Shown in pieces: positions 38,127 through 47,381 of a stretch of DNA of 54,551 nt. The DNA is from a virus (lineage: Duplodnaviria > Caudoviricetes). The translations under genes were made by a program, and so were the position numbers. The stretch lies in the IMG/VR virus record IMGVR_UViG_3300027754_004594, positions 1-54,551 of that record, one strand, 5' to 3'. The notes below the pieces were generated by a model, which was given only the letters and a program-made list of their open reading frames with translations, was not told the DNA's origin and did no database searches. Position 1 is the stretch's first letter, and every line of letters starts with the position of its first letter.

Positions 38127-39893
38127 TTAAGTATATAAGGGTATATATCTAACAGTTGTTGAGTTTATTTGAATAGGCAACCATTCAGAAAAAGTCTTTG
38201 ATCCAATATTTGCAGATGAAACTAATCCACAATTTTCAAATCTTAAAGCTGCAATGTTTGATCCTACTCCTCCATTTACTTGGAATCTAACGCCACTAGT
38301 CCCAGTGGGTATTGAATTTATTCCTACATTTCCGCTGTCTGAAATGAAGATTCCTGAAAGATTAGTTCCCGCGCTGAGTCTTAAGACGCTATTATTGCTG
38401 ACTATTAAACCTTTTTGAGCTCCTCCTTGGAAGAACCTGAGAGCTGCGAAGTCTGTGGTCGCGTCGTTGCCTGATGTCGTGATCCTCATGCCGACGTCTC
38501 CTGTGCCGAAGACTTCTAGTTTGCCTGTTGGCGTCGTCGTCCCGATGCCGACGTTGCCAACAGAATCGATCCTCACCTTCTCGCTCTCGGCAATATTAAA
38601 TCGGAATGTGCCGCCTGCTGGGACGTTGTGATAGAAGTTAGTTGTTGACCCACCCGCTCCAATATATCGAGTCGCAGCTGAACTCCCGGCATTAAGTCCG
38701 ATAGGGCCGCCGGGATTGCCGCCCAATACCCAACCTCCCGACGAAGAGAAAGCTCCGGCAATATCAAGGAATTGACTGGGGCTTGCAATACCTATGCCAA
38801 CGCTTCCTACGGAAGTTACGTAAACTCCAGAGGTGGCGCCGATACCATCTCCGGCTCCGATTCTCAAGACTCCGCTATTCGCAATCACCGAACCTTTTTG
38901 ACTTCCTCCTTGGAAAAACCTGAGAGCTGCGAAGTCTGTGGTCGCGTCGTTGCCTGATGTCGTGATCCTCATGCCGACGTCTCCTGTGCCAAAAACTTCT
39001 AGTTTGCCTGTTGGCGTCGTCGTCCCGATGCCGACGTTGCCGAGACTATTTATACCCATCGCAAAAGTTTTCGTAGAGCCAATCGTAGAATACATGGCCA
39101 CGCCACCAACTCTGCTCGCGTCGTTATATGGAAAAATTAAGGCGTCCGCACTACTACCAGCCATAACGTTATCAGCGCCGATAGCAGTTCCGCCTAAGGC
39201 TCCAGCTCGTCTCATAATCATAACTGGATTTAATCCCCCGACAGAGGACTCAACATATAGAGCTGTTGCCGTCCCAGATTCAACAATGTGTAGTTTAGCA
39301 GTTGGGCTTCCTGTTCCAATGCCAACGTTTCCTACGGAAGTTACGTAAACTCCAGAGCTAGCACCAATGCCGTCTCCGGCTCCGATTCTCAAGACTCCGC
39401 TATTCGCAATCACCGAACCTTTTTGACTTCCTCCTTGGAAAAACCTGAGAGCTGCGAAATCTGTAGCGGCAGCACTTCCCGTGGTTGTGATCCTCACGCT
39501 AACGTCTCCTGTGCCGAAAACTTCTAGTTTATTTGCTGGTGCGGCAGTTCCTATTCCTATTTTATTTCCTGTAGATACGAAGTCTTTTGATCCATATTTT
39601 CCTAACACAACTGTGTTGTCGCTGAAAACTTCAAAGACGGGGAATCCTGCGATGGTATTTATGCTCATTAAAGAGCCGGACATTTGATCGTAAGCGCTGA
39701 ATAGCCGACTACTCGAGCCGTCTATCGTAAACCTATTTAAATTTCCAGTGGCGTAACTTGCTAAGTTCAACTCTCCGTTGTCGAAGGTGAGTCTGGACGC
39801 GCCGCTTAATGTTGTGTCAACAGCGGATCCAGCCGCTACGCCGGTGTTGAATTCTAAAGTCCCCGAGGCTGGTTTTATTACGATATTTGCCAT
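38127..39893 (-). CDS. Tail fibre protein with repeated GNVGIGTxxP modules
   Basis: Multiple G(N/S)VGIG...P..KLEV repeats; Gly-rich; ends RYIPLY. Confidence 0.85.
   Translation of the reverse strand: MANIVIKPASGTLEFNTGVAAGSAVDTTLSGASRLTFDNGELNLASYATGNLNRFTIDGSSSRLFSAYDQMSGSLMSINTIAGFPVFEVFSDNTVVLGKYGSKDFVSTGNKIGIGTAAPANKLEVFGTGDVSVRITTTGSAAATDFAALRFFQGGSQKGSVIANSGVLRIGAGDGIGASSGVYVTSVGNVGIGTGSPTAKLHIVESGTATALYVESSVGGLNPVMIMRRAGALGGTAIGADNVMAGSSADALIFPYNDASRVGGVAMYSTIGSTKTFAMGINSLGNVGIGTTTPTGKLEVFGTGDVGMRITTSGNDATTDFAALRFFQGGSQKGSVIANSGVLRIGAGDGIGATSGVYVTSVGSVGIGIASPSQFLDIAGAFSSSGGWVLGGNPGGPIGLNAGSSAATRYIGAGGSTTNFYHNVPAGGTFRFNIAESEKVRIDSVGNVGIGTTTPTGKLEVFGTGDVGMRITTSGNDATTDFAALRFFQGGAQKGLIVSNNSVLRLSAGTNLSGIFISDSGNVGINSIPTGTSGVRFQVNGGVGSNIAALRFENCGLVSSANIGSKTFSEWLPIQINSTTVRYIPLYT
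38421..39530. repeat. Near-identical in-frame internal repeats in the tail fibre gene
   Basis: 38421-38558 matches 38904-39041 (offset 483); 38794-39005 matches 39319-39530 (offset 525). Confidence 0.9.
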
Positions 39894-39911
39894 ATTTTTT
39901 TTCTTTTTTCT

Positions 39912-40568
39912 TTAATTTAACTTGAATCTTGGTTTTAGTGCCTTGTAATTCTGGAGAACTTCTGCTGCGGTTAATGCTTTATTATATATTTGAGCAACCG
40001 CTATATTCGTTACGGATGGCGCATCTTCACCGCCTGTAGTATATCCCAATGTGATAGCTCCTCCCCATACTGGTGCTCCTGTTTTCACAGAGTTCACATC
40101 CAAAACTCCATTTATATATCCTTTGACAAAATTCTGATCATATGTCAATACAAGATTATACCATACGTTACTGCTTAATGTTATATTTCCATTAACAAAA
40201 ATCCAACTGCCAGTATAAACATCACATCTTATGGTTGACGATGTAATTCTTAAAAAGAATGGAGGATTTGAGCTAAATATGTTTTGTGCTTGAGATATGT
40301 TACTTGATCTTACCCATGCGCTTAGTGTAAATATCGATGGCGCTCCTAAATTACCAGATATAGCAACTGCATCATCAATATAATCAAAAACTATGACTCC
40401 GCCATTCGCATTGCTAAATGTGGGCCCACCCGTTAGAGTTCCATTATTACTATTATTGCTTAAATCATTCCACGTTGTGCCAGTTCCGAGATAACTAGCT
40501 AAATCGGCTGCATCTAATGCTAATACCAATCCATCTCTAATTATTGTTGGGCCTGTTTGTATTGACAT
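39912..40568 (-). CDS. LamG/concanavalin A-like lectin domain protein
   Basis: GLVLALDAA..SY.GTGTTWNDLS, WYNLVLTYD, YINGV, IYNKALTAAEVLQNY. Confidence 0.9.
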   Translation of the reverse strand: MSIQTGPTIIRDGLVLALDAADLASYLGTGTTWNDLSNNSNNGTLTGGPTFSNANGGVIVFDYIDDAVAISGNLGAPSIFTLSAWVRSSNISQAQNIFSSNPPFFLRITSSTIRCDVYTGSWIFVNGNITLSSNVWYNLVLTYDQNFVKGYINGVLDVNSVKTGAPVWGGAITLGYTTGGEDAPSVTNIAVAQIYNKALTAAEVLQNYKALKPRFKLN

Positions 40569-40589
40569 ATTTTTTTTCTTTTTTTTTAT

Positions 40590-41339
40590 TTAATTTAACT
40601 TAAATCTTGGTTTTAGTGCGTTGTAATTTTGAAGCACTTCGGCTGCGGTTAATGCTTTGTTGTATATTCTTGCCAATCCCATGTTTCCATTTAATTTATA
40701 ACCAGTGTCGTTTGGATTGTTGCCTATTTCAACGTTCATGGTGCTGTATTTAGTTTTACCCGACCAAGCTCCTCCTCCGGATGTGGATGCCCTCGAGATT
40801 CCATCAACATAAATCACAGCGTCAGCGCTGTTTCTCGTGCATACAATATGATGCCAACGATTATCAAAACAATTTACACCATTTGCACTAGTGCTAAAGG
40901 CAGTTAAACTTACCAGCGTCACGGCAGTCCCAGTGCTGTCAGTACCCGGCGGATTGTCTGTGCTTGCTAATACATATGTCATCGAACCAGTAGCCGGCCC
41001 CGAGTTTCTTATGTATGAAACTTGCGCATAGTCGGGACATATCAATCCGGCGTAGTTGTTTGGCCCCAAACCAGAACTTTTCATCCAGATTTCAAATGTC
41101 TGATTTGGGATAGCTCCCATCGTATTTACAGAAGGAACCGTTATTTTATCATCTACGCCATCAAGAACCATAGAACCAAAGCCTGTATTACTATACCCAA
41201 CTCCGCCTACTAAAGTTCCGTTAAAGCCGTTGCTGCTTAAATCATTCCACGTCGTGCCGGCGCCGGGATAGCTACCTAGATCAGCCGCGTCCAGTGCGAG
41301 TATCAATCCATTTGTAATTATCCTAGGTCCCATTTCCAT
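40590..41339 (-). CDS. LamG/concanavalin A-like lectin domain protein (paralogue)
   Basis: GLILALDAA..SYPGAGTTWNDLS, WHHIVCT, IYVDG, IYNKALTAAEVLQNY. Confidence 0.9.
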   Translation of the reverse strand: MEMGPRIITNGLILALDAADLGSYPGAGTTWNDLSSNGFNGTLVGGVGYSNTGFGSMVLDGVDDKITVPSVNTMGAIPNQTFEIWMKSSGLGPNNYAGLICPDYAQVSYIRNSGPATGSMTYVLASTDNPPGTDSTGTAVTLVSLTAFSTSANGVNCFDNRWHHIVCTRNSADAVIYVDGISRASTSGGGAWSGKTKYSTMNVEIGNNPNDTGYKLNGNMGLARIYNKALTAAEVLQNYNALKPRFKLN

Positions 41340-41368
41340 TTTTATTCCTTTTGTATATTATATATATA

Positions 41369-41830
41369 TTATCCATACCTTAATTGATATTCTACTTCAA
41401 GCGGCGGAACGTCTTTTCTTATCGCTGTAAAACTCCAATAAAATTCACATTCACTAGAGAGCAAACAAGAAACACCAACAGTAAAATTATTTTCTTTTAT
41501 GTTGATTTGTTTTACATATAAGACTTTATCGTGATTGATGTTTGTTATTTGAATATTTATCCCTTCTTCACTGACAAGATTAGAGATATAAGAAGGAAGA
41601 TTTATGATGATTGAGTTGTTTATTAATTTACTTTTGCCTGTGAGTCTTATTCCGTGATAAGGGGATTCTAAACTCCCATATTGCAACATCTTTCCTTTTT
41701 CAGACGGATGACAAATTAAGAACGACTTCGTGGCTGCTGACAAGTGATTCGTGACGGTTAAATTTTGAGCGACGATTAGGTTTCCATCCCTCTTAGCGGT
41801 GGAAGCAGCTCTTCTATAATAATCCGGCAT
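41369..41830 (-). CDS. Stand-alone tail-fibre C-terminal-type domain (possible chaperone)
   Basis: ATKSFLICHP...LQYGSLESPYHG.RLTG...FTAIRKDVPPLEVEY resembles C-termini of phage fibre proteins (from recall). Confidence 0.6.
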   Translation of the reverse strand: MPDYYRRAASTAKRDGNLIVAQNLTVTNHLSAATKSFLICHPSEKGKMLQYGSLESPYHGIRLTGKSKLINNSIIINLPSYISNLVSEEGINIQITNINHDKVLYVKQINIKENNFTVGVSCLLSSECEFYWSFTAIRKDVPPLEVEYQLRYG

Positions 41831-41835
41831 AATAA

Positions 41836-42174
41836 TTAAGTAGTTACTTCTGGATTAATTGTAAAAGATCCATTCAAAACTTTAATAACTGAAGCATCTC
41901 CAGACGAATACCTTTCTACATCATAAACAGCAACAGTAATTGGCAAATTGGATGTTTGGGTTGAAGTTAAATTTATTGCAATTATTCCACTAACTGAACT
42001 AGTAATTGAAGGCGCTAGATTTATTAAAGCCGCTCCAGTCGCTCCGTAAGAGTATTTGGCAGACCCTCTTAGGCTGTAACCAGTTAAATTTACAGCAGTA
42101 CCCGCAGAGCCGGTTACAGTAGCTACTAAATCAAAACTTTCCCCTTGGTTGACGGATATATTATACAAACCCAT
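41836..42174 (-). CDS. Tail/baseplate adaptor-like protein (likely start MGLYNI at 42174)
   Basis: YNISVNQGESF...VNLTGY...AVYDVE...VLNGSFTINPEVT; AGTGTAAT 7 nt upstream of this ATG. Confidence 0.65.
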   Translation of the reverse strand: MGLYNISVNQGESFDLVATVTGSAGTAVNLTGYSLRGSAKYSYGATGAALINLAPSITSSVSGIIAINLTSTQTSNLPITVAVYDVERYSSGDASVIKVLNGSFTINPEVTT

Positions 42175-42238
42175 ATTAGTCATTACACTGATTTTAAATT
42201 TTAGTTAGAGTTTCGACAGGATTTGTGTATTAGTAGAT

Positions 42239-42382
42239 ATGGAAGCTGGAAAAGGATCCAAACCAAGAAATTGCTTTAGCCGAAGTTTTAAAAAAAATTA
42301 CACCCAAATTCTTTGGGAGACGAAGAAAAAAAACAAATCAAATGAGAAAAAAATTAACAAAACTAATAACCCAAGAGGATGA
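42239..42382 (+). CDS. 47-aa basic peptide (GKGSKPR...NY..I.W type)
   Basis: Manual translation MEAGKGSKPRNCFSRSFKKNYTQILWETKKK...; TGTGTATT 7 nt upstream. Confidence 0.6.
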   Translation: MEAGKGSKPRNCFSRSFKKNYTQILWETKKKNKSNEKKINKTNNPRG

Positions 42383-42887
42383 TCTTTTAGTAATTGATAG
42401 TGGCCCTTGGATAAGGATCAGCGCGAAATGGGATAACATTATCAATCATACTCCTTTTGGCTGGTGTTTCTATAATAAGATCGCCAGTCTTAAAATATCA
42501 ATAAAATCATTTTTTCAAAAAATTATTTACGGAGTTAGTGATGAAGAATGTCGTAATTTAAATGATGAAATTGCAAAATTTATTCTCAAAAGACTTTTGC
42601 GTTTTAAGAAAATAGAGAGATTTAATTCTCCGATTTTTAGCGAAGAGGACTCTTTAGGAAAGGAATCCGCGCAGAAATGGGACGACGTCTTAGACGAGAT
42701 GATTTTTGCTTTTGATTTCACCTGCCACCCTCTTAAGTATAATAATATCCCCGGCACGCCGTTTGAAAAGGCTGGCAACACTCCTGAAGCTTGGGATGAT
42801 TACTTCAAGCAAGAGTTGGAGTTGGAGATCCGGCAAGCAAAGGGATTAGCTTTATTTGCTAAACATTTTGATTCTTTGTGGGCTTAA
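42342..42887 (+). CDS. Hypothetical phage protein
   Basis: KWDDVLDEMIFAF...GLALFAKHFDSLW pattern. Confidence 0.7.
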   Translation: MRKKLTKLITQEDDLLVIDSGPWIRISAKWDNIINHTPFGWCFYNKIASLKISIKSFFQKIIYGVSDEECRNLNDEIAKFILKRLLRFKKIERFNSPIFSEEDSLGKESAQKWDDVLDEMIFAFDFTCHPLKYNNIPGTPFEKAGNTPEAWDDYFKQELELEIRQAKGLALFAKHFDSLWA

Positions 42888-42889
42888 TT

Positions 42890-43246
42890 ATGGATACTGA
42901 CAGAATACATTTTGTTTCAAAGGGGTGGGGCTACGAGAAGTGGATAGTAAATAACGAAAAGTATTGTGGTAAAATTTTACATTTTGTAAGAGGTCGGCGC
43001 TGTAGTTTTCATTTCCATAAAATTAAAGATGAAACATTTTATCTTTTATCTGGAAAACTTATGTTAAGATACGGATTTGATCAGGATATAAACAAAGCTG
43101 CATTTATTACACTTCGACCCGGAGATAAATTCCACATCCCAGTCGGTTTGTGCCACCAAATGGAAGCTTTTGAAGACTCAGAATTGTTAGAATTTAGCAC
43201 CCAACACTTTGATGAAGATAGTTATAGAATAGTTTTTGGAGATTAA
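42890..43246 (+). CDS. Cupin (sugar isomerase-like)
   Basis: KGWGYE, CSFHFHKIKDETFY, GLCHQM, EFSTQH. Confidence 0.85.
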   Translation: MDTDRIHFVSKGWGYEKWIVNNEKYCGKILHFVRGRRCSFHFHKIKDETFYLLSGKLMLRYGFDQDINKAAFITLRPGDKFHIPVGLCHQMEAFEDSELLEFSTQHFDEDSYRIVFGD

Positions 43247-43247
43247 C

Positions 43248-43445
43248 ATGAAGACTTGCGCGTCATTATTGATTTTATTAACGAGCTGTGCGGTTTACGA
43301 ACCGATTCCGGTGATTTACGGGCCGCCTCGAGTCATTGTTATGCCCCCTCCTCCCGTCTACATCTACCCCCATTACAACGCTGGGGTTTTTCTCTATCGT
43401 CCTTATCCTTACAGACCTTTCTCGACTAACCCTAGAAGATGGTGA
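43248..43445 (+). CDS. Small Pro-rich putative lipoprotein
   Basis: MKTCASLLILLTSC lipobox-like; PPPP-rich. Confidence 0.55.
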   Translation: MKTCASLLILLTSCAVYEPIPVIYGPPRVIVMPPPPVYIYPHYNAGVFLYRPYPYRPFSTNPRRW

Positions 43446-43455
43446 TTTTAACAAC

Positions 43456-43680
43456 TTAACCCCCACTTTTCCATTTAGTAATTATATAACTTGAAAAAGT
43501 ACTAATAACAGCAACAATACCAGCTAAATAGTATTTAAAATTTTCTAAGCTAGAAACTCTTTTTTCGAGACCTTCGTTTTTATCCTTCATTTCTTTGACA
43601 TCTGACGCAATAATCGTCAGATTTTGATCTATTCTGGATAAAACAGAGTCGTAGCTTTTGTCGTTGTATTGTTCTGGCAT
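43456..43680 (-). CDS. Small coiled-coil protein with a C-terminal TM helix (XhlA/holin-like)
   Basis: Likely start MPEQY at 43680 (TGTGTAAC 10 nt upstream); RVSSLE then YYLAGIVAVISTFSSYII. Confidence 0.6.
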   Translation of the reverse strand: MPEQYNDKSYDSVLSRIDQNLTIIASDVKEMKDKNEGLEKRVSSLENFKYYLAGIVAVISTFSSYIITKWKSGG

Positions 43681-43721
43681 ACTAAAGTTAGTTACACATT
43701 TTTTTAAACGATTTGCTTTGT

Positions 43722-44678
43722 TTACTTTTTCCATTTTTGCTCGATTAAGATTTCGTTAATTAAAGCTTTGTCACCATCGTTCATTTCTCTATCAAGGCAA
43801 CTTAAGACGTCTTCTAATGTGTATGATTTTTCTGAGTTTTGTTCCTTCTTTTCTCTGAGGGTTTGGATGGCGTCTACGACTTTGACTAAAGCTCCCTTAT
43901 ACTTATCTCGGCTAGTAGATGAGACAAAGTTGCACATTTCAAACGCTTTTGGAACTAATGCCTTTAACAAGCTAATAATTACAGATCCAACCATATTAAA
44001 TATAGAAAATACAGCACCCGCAATCGGATTCATTGTAGAAAGCAATCTCAATATGATAAAAATTACAGAACCAACAATCACAAACGTTAAAGCGCTAAAG
44101 AAAAACTTTTTAATTCCCCAAAATACAGCATTTAAACCAAACATTCCGCCCATTTGATTTATAATCATTTGTTTTTCGTCTGAACTTGTTGCAATTTTTT
44201 CAGCAGTTGCAGTCATGTTTTCGACTTCGTCGTCGTATTTTTCTTTTAATTCAGATTTTTCTTTTTGCAATTTTGCAATCTGAGCGTCTCTTAAAGTTAG
44301 CAGAGACTCGCCTTTCTTGCGTTCTTCGGCAACTTCGGAGTTGAGAAGGTCTACGGTAGCTTTAATTCTCTTAATTTCATCAATGTGCGGGGATCCAACG
44401 ATGGAGACGACTCTTTCGTTTAAGGTCTTGGCCGTCTCTACTTGAACTGGAGGATTAGTTACTTGATTTAACGAATGTTGAATGCCAGCGGAAAGGGCTG
44501 CGGTTTGAATTTTTTTATCTTTTTCATTTTTATCAATCTTTTCTAAGATAACTTCTGTTTTTCCTTCTTGTTTCGTGATGGCGTCTTGGGCTGGGGTTGC
44601 TATTTTTTTAGTTCCGAGCGTCGTCGAGCATCCTGACAGAATCAGAATGACTAAAGCCAAAGAGAGATACTTGATCAT
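43722..44678 (-). CDS. Lipoprotein with a long coiled coil and two TM segments (spanin-like candidate)
   Basis: Lipobox LSGC; heptad-rich middle; FFFSALTFVIVGSVIFIIL and IAGAVFSIFNMVGSVIISLL; AGTGTAAT 7 nt upstream. Confidence 0.7.
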   Translation of the reverse strand: MIKYLSLALVILILSGCSTTLGTKKIATPAQDAITKQEGKTEVILEKIDKNEKDKKIQTAALSAGIQHSLNQVTNPPVQVETAKTLNERVVSIVGSPHIDEIKRIKATVDLLNSEVAEERKKGESLLTLRDAQIAKLQKEKSELKEKYDDEVENMTATAEKIATSSDEKQMIINQMGGMFGLNAVFWGIKKFFFSALTFVIVGSVIFIILRLLSTMNPIAGAVFSIFNMVGSVIISLLKALVPKAFEMCNFVSSTSRDKYKGALVKVVDAIQTLREKKEQNSEKSYTLEDVLSCLDREMNDGDKALINEILIEQKWKK

Positions 44679-45015
44679 ATCTTCTATTACACTTGACTTC
44701 TGGATTAAGAAGCCTCAAAGTTTTCTTGATTCAAGGCTGTCGGAGTGTAAAGAACCGCCTGATAAAGGAGGTCTTTGACTCTATTAATTGAAATTATACG
44801 ATAATCTTCAAAGCACATGCACTTTAAAAAAACAAAATTTTCTTTTATTACAGTCTGAGTAGAGCAAGATGAGCAATATATTTCCATATAATTATATTAA
44901 AAGACGGATCAGCGAAGACGATCCGGTTGCTTTCTGGCGACAAAATTGTAACAAATGTTATAAGCTGTCTATTGTAAGAAATCTTTTTGGAAAAAGCTGA
45001 GTCAATATACAGATA

Positions 45016-45195
45016 ATGATAACTATGCATCCACTATTGAGAGATTTTTCTGTAAATGATAAAGAGTTATTAGAAGTATTTCAAAAGCACGGAATTGTTT
45101 CGCAATTTCCTATCGATGAAAAAGCTTTTGTGGCGGATGTTTACGCAACGATGTCGTTCATCGTCACTGAAGTCGTCGCAGAATGTCAGATTTAA
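45016..45195 (+). CDS. Small hypothetical protein (59 aa)
   Basis: Manual translation MITMHPLLRDF...VVAECQI; ends 3 nt before thyX. Confidence 0.5.
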   Translation: MITMHPLLRDFSVNDKELLEVFQKHGIVSQFPIDEKAFVADVYATMSFIVTEVVAECQI

Positions 45196-45198
45196 ATT

Positions 45199-45822
45199 AT
45201 GCAAAATTCAGTAGAACTAATTGGTTACTATGGCAACGATACAACTCACGCATGTTCAGCTTGGACATCGACAAGTAGAGACTTAACGGAAGATAAGAAA
45301 AGCAGGACTCCGAAGTTGCTTAAAATGCTTGCTGACGAGGGTCATCATACTCCATTCGAAAAGTCTTTGCTACACTTCTTGGTGGATTCTGACATCGCTA
45401 GCCATATCCACCTTTTAAAACATAGAATTGGTGTAAGCATTAACGGTGAGTCGGCTAGGTATAAGGAAATTAAAGAGGATAAATATTTAACTCCCAACGA
45501 TTGGCCGGAGGATTGGAAGACTTTACTCGAAAATCACAATAAAGAAGGGAATAGACTTTATCATAAATGTCTTTATGATTTAGTTGAGGCGGGCTTCACT
45601 AAGAAAAGAGCGAAAGAAACGGCTCGTTTTTTTAAATCTTACAGCTCCCAAATTCAAGCGGACATATCGTTTAACTGGCGGTCATTCTACCACTTCTTGA
45701 ATTTGAGAAACAAACCCGAATCTCAAAAAGAAATTAGAGAAATTGCCGCTCACATGCTCCAATTAGTAAAAGATATCGAAGGAAACCCCTTCGAGCATAC
45801 AATTAAAGCTTTTAATTTGTAA
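45199..45822 (+). CDS. thyX: Flavin-dependent thymidylate synthase
   Basis: GHHTPFE, KHR...ESARY, KETAR, NWRS..HFLNLR, QKEIR. Confidence 0.92.
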   Translation: MQNSVELIGYYGNDTTHACSAWTSTSRDLTEDKKSRTPKLLKMLADEGHHTPFEKSLLHFLVDSDIASHIHLLKHRIGVSINGESARYKEIKEDKYLTPNDWPEDWKTLLENHNKEGNRLYHKCLYDLVEAGFTKKRAKETARFFKSYSSQIQADISFNWRSFYHFLNLRNKPESQKEIREIAAHMLQLVKDIEGNPFEHTIKAFNL

Positions 45823-45828
45823 AAAACC

Positions 45829-46368
45829 ATGTCTAAAAACATCGATATAAAAGAAAAAGATCTAATTAAATTATTAGGACTAGCCAAGCAGCGTCACGAC
45901 GCTAAGCCTAAAAATATTAGAAATACAGGCATTCTAATAAAAGAAAGTAAAAACAATATAGAAGAACAATATCTTCCGCATTTCATTGGACTGATTGGCG
46001 AGTTCGCATGGGGACAGCATTCGGGGCAAGTTGTCGATGAGAAGATCCTTAAGAAAGGAGACTCCGAAGACTTCCAGGGAGAGGAAGTTAAAACAATTAC
46101 TTATTTCGGAACTGGCGAACCAGAGTTAAAAATAAAAATTGCAGAATTTAAAAGCAAATTTCCTAATAAATACATATTAGCTCGAGTTAAAGGAGATCAG
46201 GCTCTTGATTTCCTTAAAGGTTTAACTGTCGCTGGATTAAATGTTGAGGTGGAGTTGTTGGGGTTAATTTCAAGGGAAGATTTTGACGAGAAGAAAAAGG
46301 TTAAAAAATACGGAATAAATAATCCATTTAATTACGTAGTTCCTCTCTCTAAGATGATTCAATTGTAA
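45829..46368 (+). CDS. Hypothetical protein, possible PD-(D/E)XK-like fold
   Basis: GLIGEFAW...GDSEDF...EVKT. Confidence 0.55.
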   Translation: MSKNIDIKEKDLIKLLGLAKQRHDAKPKNIRNTGILIKESKNNIEEQYLPHFIGLIGEFAWGQHSGQVVDEKILKKGDSEDFQGEEVKTITYFGTGEPELKIKIAEFKSKFPNKYILARVKGDQALDFLKGLTVAGLNVEVELLGLISREDFDEKKKVKKYGINNPFNYVVPLSKMIQL

Positions 46369-46452
46369 TGGTTTAACTTTTTTTTGATTTTTGCTTTATT
46401 GTTAGTATATTATACATAGGGTGAATAATAAAAACTCAAAGCCGGATTAGAT

Positions 46453-46695
46453 ATGATGAAAAATTTATATATAAACGACAAGACGGGCAAGATTATTGTC
46501 GCTGTTGATGATTTAAAGTTTGATGGTAAGAATTTAATAGTTCCTTCTTATTGGACTTCTGTTCTTATTGATTATTTGGATGCGACTAATTGTGATAAAA
46601 TGAAGGCGGCAGATCGAGAAGATTTTAATATTTTTAAAAAGTTTCTTTGCGCAGTTCAAGACCACAAGGACGAAGCAGCTTCCAAAGGAAATTAA
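46453..46695 (+). CDS. Hypothetical protein
   Basis: ORF in a co-oriented run. Confidence 0.6.
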   Translation: MMKNLYINDKTGKIIVAVDDLKFDGKNLIVPSYWTSVLIDYLDATNCDKMKAADREDFNIFKKFLCAVQDHKDEAASKGN

Positions 46696-46697
46696 AC

Positions 46698-46817
46698 ATG
46701 AAGGCTAAGAAATACAGCAAGAAGAGTCTTTCGGATAAAGACTCTTTTAATAAGGTAGACATCGAGCGAAAAAAGAAGGCTAACAAGCCTCAGCGCAAAA
46801 AGCAAACAGATTTTTGA
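46698..46817 (+). CDS. 39-aa Lys-rich peptide
   Basis: Manual translation MKAKKYSKKSLSDKDSFNKVDIERKKKANKPQRKKQTDF; fills the gap. Confidence 0.5.
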   Translation: MKAKKYSKKSLSDKDSFNKVDIERKKKANKPQRKKQTDF

Positions 46818-46833
46818 TAGTGTAATTTATAGA

Positions 46834-47352
46834 GTGAAGAAGTATGTCGTATCAACAGCGGATTGGAAAAGAAAGATAGAGATTCAAGAGAAAGATAACC
46901 TTGAAGACACGATCTTTGAGGTTGCCACTCAAGCTATTGAATGGGCTTTGAATAGCGGGAAGTCTGTAGGTATATTAATTTATTTAGTTGACCCTAAATA
47001 TCCTGGTAAAAATTATATTTCTCTTACTTATAAAGTTTTAATAAATGCGGGTTTTCACGCTATCGCTGAAGAGCAAAGAGCTTTAGTTCTAGAAGAGTTT
47101 GGTTTAGACGTCTCAGAGCATCCGTTAAATAAGTTAATTACAAAACTTCAAAGAGCCTCTTTAAAAAAATCTTTTTGCATCGCAAAGCTTCTGGAGATTC
47201 AATCTGACGGTAGAGTTTCTAAAATTCCTGTCGTTTGCATTAGCTTGGGGCTTTTCGAAGAGCAGACTTTCGCTAAAGAGCGATGCAAAGAATTAAATAA
47301 AACCTCTAAAGATAAAACATTTGTTGTTCGACAAATAACTTACAACGTCTAA
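46834..47352 (+). CDS. Hypothetical protein
   Basis: GTG start 7 nt after AGTGTAAT (46819-46826). Confidence 0.7.
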   Translation: MKKYVVSTADWKRKIEIQEKDNLEDTIFEVATQAIEWALNSGKSVGILIYLVDPKYPGKNYISLTYKVLINAGFHAIAEEQRALVLEEFGLDVSEHPLNKLITKLQRASLKKSFCIAKLLEIQSDGRVSKIPVVCISLGLFEEQTFAKERCKELNKTSKDKTFVVRQITYNV

Positions 47353-47381
47353 AACTTTTCTTTGTTTTCCTATTTATTGCC

